The position numbers and the translations under genes were made by a program. Positions 59,315 through 64,000 of a DNA stretch of 64,000 nt are shown in pieces. Position 1 is the stretch's first letter, and each line of letters opens with the position of its first letter. Source of the stretch: Balanoglossus misakiensis (lineage: Eukaryota > Animalia > Hemichordata); assembly GCA_040954595.2 (NCBI GenBank), contig CM082592.2:8481677-8545676 (forward strand). The letters are read 5' to 3'. The notes beneath the pieces were generated by a model that saw only the letters and a list, made by a program, of their open reading frames with translations, made no database searches and was not told where the DNA came from.

Positions 59315-62300
59315 GTGAGTTCTAATATTACAAGTTTGCAAAAGTTTTCTCCAAAAATCAATGGTGCGGCAGTCAGTAGAGAGGTCAATTTGCACCTGTG
59401 ACTAATTTTCATTGATTTATGTCCTCGGTCAAGACTGCATCTGAGGTGAAAGTTTCCAGGGTCAATGCCAAAAAGTTGACCGTAAAGATCAATTGACCAA
59501 AACCAGGTTTGACCTTGGGAGGCGGGGGCTATAACCCAGTTTAAAGACATTATTGTTTGATGCAGCTGCATGGTATGTGCCCTGTACATGTATTTTAAAC
59601 CATATAACGCGTACACGTACATGCGTCCTCCTGCACCTTAACTCCAAAATTTACTTCAGTAGTCCTCAAGCAATTTATTCTTTGTTTATTTTAGATACCC
59701 CAGACATCCAGTACAGTTCTATGACATAATGGCACTTCATGTACTCAAATTACTAGGCGCAGACACAGAAATGAGGTTACAGGTTGACCCTTGACCTGGC
59801 AGTCATAAATCATATACTGGCCTACTTTGGGGGCATAGATGACACAGTGTACTTTGCCAGCAGCGTCATGCACGGACCATCCTTGACCTTTTCAAAGCTT
59901 AGAACAAACTTCTGGAACAAATGCACTGTACTGCATTTTTAGTAGCAAATGACAAACCACTCTCATCAAACAAAACCCCATTTTACACATACCCTTGAAG
60001 TGGTCTCAAACCATACAATGATATCAGAAAGGGATAATTAGTAGGACAAAACCTTATGTAACCATTGAAAAGGAATTCACCACTCTCATACATGTACTGT
60101 GAGCTTCCATTATGCACTGATGTTTTTTGTGTGTCACTCAGCAGTTGACCAGTGCACATCGATACATTAATTGACAGCAGCAGCCTACTTCAGTGTGGGG
60201 AGCTTTCACCTGACACATGGTATTATGCAATCACATTTGTTCTGTTGAATCAGTGATCAAAAGACTAAGCCATGTGACAGAGTACTTCAAAAGTACTTCA
60301 GAGCAGTCACCACATGGTGAAAATGGGAGTTTTTCCCACAGATTTCCATGACGGTCACTGGTGAACACCGGCAGAGGAACCTTTGCAAGGAAGGTGTCGG
60401 TTCACTTTAAGAAACGCTACTTAGCCATGCGCAGATAATTCACACAGTCACACTTTACAAATTGGGTAACTTACTGGGGTAATTTGTACCGTGTGTGATA
60501 AGTTAGATTTTTAAAAGACCCAGCAGCTGAAATTAACCAGGCTTTCTGTCTGTTAATCATAGATTCCAAATGTCAAAAGTTTACGTTGTATTACAGCATG
60601 ACCGAACATATACCTACAGAACCCCCTGGTCGCAATCAAGTACTATAGATGGCGCTATGTATAATGATAACATACTGTACTCAAAGAAGAAACGAATGAA
60701 TGAAAACTTTGGACTATAGGTGGCAGTATGCAGTCAAAATAATGGACCTGTTCAATGTTATGTCACAGAGACCTATATTTATTACCAGGCCTTGAGGTTA
60801 TGAACAGACGACCCAGAATTTCCGTGACCCTATACGCACCAAGACTTCGAATGATAATACCCGAGACGAATTTCAATGTCTGGTGCCTACTGTTCTTGGG
60901 AGAGTTGCCCCGTGGCTTTTCTGCAAAAACCCATTACAAGTACACCATTAAATTTCTCCCGAAGAGATATCAGTCTTGAGTGGCCTTAAAAAATTCAGGT
61001 ACACAGAAGTGAACAGATAGCGTATGACCTGGTTCCGAACAGAACAGCCAAGAATCAGCAAAAGCAATGACGGCGCCTAAACTCTACATCTGATTTTAAT
61101 CAGATTGTGTTCGGGGACTGACCATGGCCTCCCCCGGGCACGTCCTTAATTTGCCCGTTGTCTTCTTGCTATAGAAGAATTTCAATACGTTTCAATAAAC
61201 AGAAATGAAAGAATTACCTTTCCATAGAAAGGTTCCAGTTTAACGAGAAAGTCATTTTGCAAGAAAGCACCGCCGTCTATTTACCTCTCAATAAAATAAG
61301 GAATGTCTCTCATTTCCTTTACTCCAATTGGAGGTTAACCAGTCATAAAAGTTTAAACCACCAATTCTCTCCAAAGTTCTTTTCCTTTCTTTCCTATTAA
61401 CGGAACTGTGTCTATTCATACCATGACTGGGATTAGGATCGACGGTAACCTGCACAAGTACATGCCAACGCAATAATTTCAGAACTGACTGGTCAAGTCG
61501 GTGAATTATATGAGATTGTAGGTACCTGGTTAGCCATATTGCTGTTTTGCAACAATTACGTTAAGGTATTAGGCGCACGTGCATTCCCGGGAACAGATTT
61601 TCAGAAAAATGATAGTCCGAGTCCTTTCTGTAGGCGACATGTACCCTGGAGTTCCAGGATTTATGGATGACTATATAGTCCCTGTGTCATACCTTAGCTG
61701 TGATGTTCCCGCAGAATGAATTGTAAAAGACGAACCAGACAAGCTACGAAGCCAGGAGTTCACTCATTGAGATTCACCTTCGGGGTCGAGATTTATTGCA
61801 GTCATAAGCAACGTTTATTGAACACATCAAAATGTATTGCCAGCAAATGAAAATCGCCGCGAGAACAAGATGCGCGGTGAATACACGCACCCTGAAATTA
61901 TCGGCAACTATCAAAACCAAGTCACGCAATGTTCGGTAACTCGGTGATGGATGACCAGTATTCCATTAAATGATAAAATCTCATTAAAACAGACCTTTAT
62001 ATGCGCAGTGACCGACCTTGAGTTCCATAAATGATTATACCTCTTCTGTCTTCAATCGGCTTACAACAAAAGTATGCAAATCCACATTTTAATAAAAATT
62101 ATAAACGGGTGCGGACCACATATTATGTGTTTCGTTCATATTTGTAGAATCAGGTATAGGCCTATAGCTGTTTGGATAAAAAAAATGTGTGTTAAAATTG
62201 AGAACTATATGTAAATGGCATTACGTAAACTGCATAAAAGCGAGTTCATCGTGATGAAATGTTACGAGAGGGTCGCCCCGTTATTTTTAGCGCCTGGTTG

Positions 62301-63433
62301 AGACCAGCAGCCACTGGATGTTAAACGCCGTTTAAAGTAATTACTATCTGAGTCAGCTGCTAGAAATTGAATTCAACGCCGGCGGTGCGACTTTTCATTT
62401 GTGAACTCCTCGTGAATTCATCGGCTGACTGATTGTGAAATGATGAACTGAGCGCCTAAAATTTAGGCCGTTTTAAACTGCACTGTATACCAGCAGGGAG
62501 CATGTATATACACGTACATACATGTGTAACGATAAAATTAATGTCTAGTTGCAATTATAAAAACCCATCTGTAAAATGTCACTTGCTAAAAAGACGTTCG
62601 TCCTCTCATGTCCGCCCACATAATTTGTCATCTGACGACGATCCAGGATGATGTAAGCGGGCATGCCACCTCGCAGCGATCGTCATTGGTTTCCATGACC
62701 ACGGGAGATCTGTCCGAGACTACACATTCTAGTAATAGAAAAGATAGGGTGACGAACATGCAGTGTGTCACGACTTTTGGCAGCCTGTAGCCATATAATA
62801 TAAGCATTTGGATAAATCAGGTGTGACGTCAATCACAAGTGACGTCCAGTACCTTTGGAAGTGATTTCAATGTAATCTGAAGTTCGAAGGGATAGTACTT
62901 TTCCGAGGGGGAATTGCCATCTGCCTCGAATAGAGGCATCGTGTACATCCTGATAATAACCATGTCCACGGGGCAGAAGTATTTTCAAATTTCCCCTGTT
63001 TCCATGACAACCGCAGTTCATGACGTTCGGGATTCTCTGGGTATTCATGATGAAAAAAAAAGTGCATTTGATGATCAAAAATAGAATGATGAACCCGGCC
63101 ATATGATATTTAGGGAACAAATTAAATACACTTGGGAAAATATCACGGTAATGTAACCTAAACACATTCCAAGTCTGCAAACCACATGACCTTTACATCA
63201 GATATGGAAACCTTGATGTGGGATTGTTGACGCCAAAGGTGAGCTCCTCCGTCAAATATGGTATTCATCTTCTAATCCTCTTATTAGGTTTCCTCCATGT
63301 TTACATGAATGTCACAGGTCAGTGAGAGTCTTCAAGTAACGGAGAAAGAAATACACACACAAAATTGCGATTACCACAGACACAAAATACCTTATGTTGA
63401 AAGTATTTGGTTTTGTTTATACTCGGACTATTC

Positions 63434-64000
63434 TTAAAGGGGAAATCCGCTGTAGCTGATTTCTACATAATTTGGTAGCTTTGATGTTTCTCTTTCAGAA
63501 AAAAACATATTCGCCATGTATAGGTCGCGCGATTTTTTACAAAATCTAGGGAAAGTTGGCAGAATTTCCAATATGGCGTTTACTGTAATTTGAATCATGG
63601 GAAAAAAAGCGCCAGGAGCAACTTCCGCCCACCATGGTGTGGGTGGTACCATTCTCCGATTGGTGTCACTGGGCGACAGACTAGGCGTATTTTCATAGCT
63701 ATTGTTTGTTCTTTGCATCAGTTGATAAACAATCATCAGCAAAGTCGAAAATTTGTCATCTATTGACAGTTTTCATGAGCTATAACCCATGAAAAATATG
63801 CAAATACGCTTAGCCTTTGACACAGTGACACCAATCGGAAAATGGTATCACCCACACCAAGGTGGGCGGAAGTTGGTCCTGGCGCTTTTTTTCCCATGAT
63901 TCAAATTACAGTAAACGCCATATTGGAAATTCTGCCAACTTTCCCTAGATTTTGTAAAAAATCGCGCGACCTATACATGGCGAATATGTTTTTTTCTGAA
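63434..64000. mobile_element. Non-autonomous foldback DNA transposon with long TIRs (TTAA-AGGG start, Kolobok-like), truncated by the window end
   Basis: 63494-63671 is the near-exact reverse complement of 63823-64000. The element starts TTAAAGGGGAAATCC at 63434. Confidence 0.8.

Noticed and set aside
62833-63180. 115-aa minus-strand ORF with a hydrophobic start
   Set aside because: No family motifs or supporting splice structure, so coding status cannot be supported.

Overview
Eukaryotic, intron-rich and AT-rich DNA from a gene-dense region of an invertebrate metazoan genome; the taxon cannot be fixed from the sequence. It is not prokaryotic, and most ORF-track entries are intronic or antisense noise. 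By hand-splicing GT-AG exons I can support 15 protein-coding genes: LHFPL/TMEM211-like (partial), AKAP10, a secreted TGF-beta-prodomain-like gene, SPATA22, SUPT4H1, a START-domain protein, an atypical 1200-aa class A GPCR, MUL1, CUTA, ANAPC7, PTRH2, PLBD2, PSPH, HPD and a C-factor-like SDR (partial). Several MITE-like elements and simple repeats are also present. The most notable observations are: (1) a two-exon secreted protein that looks like a TGF-beta/BMP prodomain with no growth-factor domain; (2) a divergent GPCR with a very long C-tail, preceded by a cluster of AGGTCA half-sites in DR5/DR8 spacing; (3) a candidate intronic C/D box RNA with 13-nt complementarity to U2 snRNA; (4) a possible alternative AKAP10 C-terminus encoded past a 3'UTR intron. 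Gene identities come from recalled family motifs, not database searches, and exon boundaries were read by eye.
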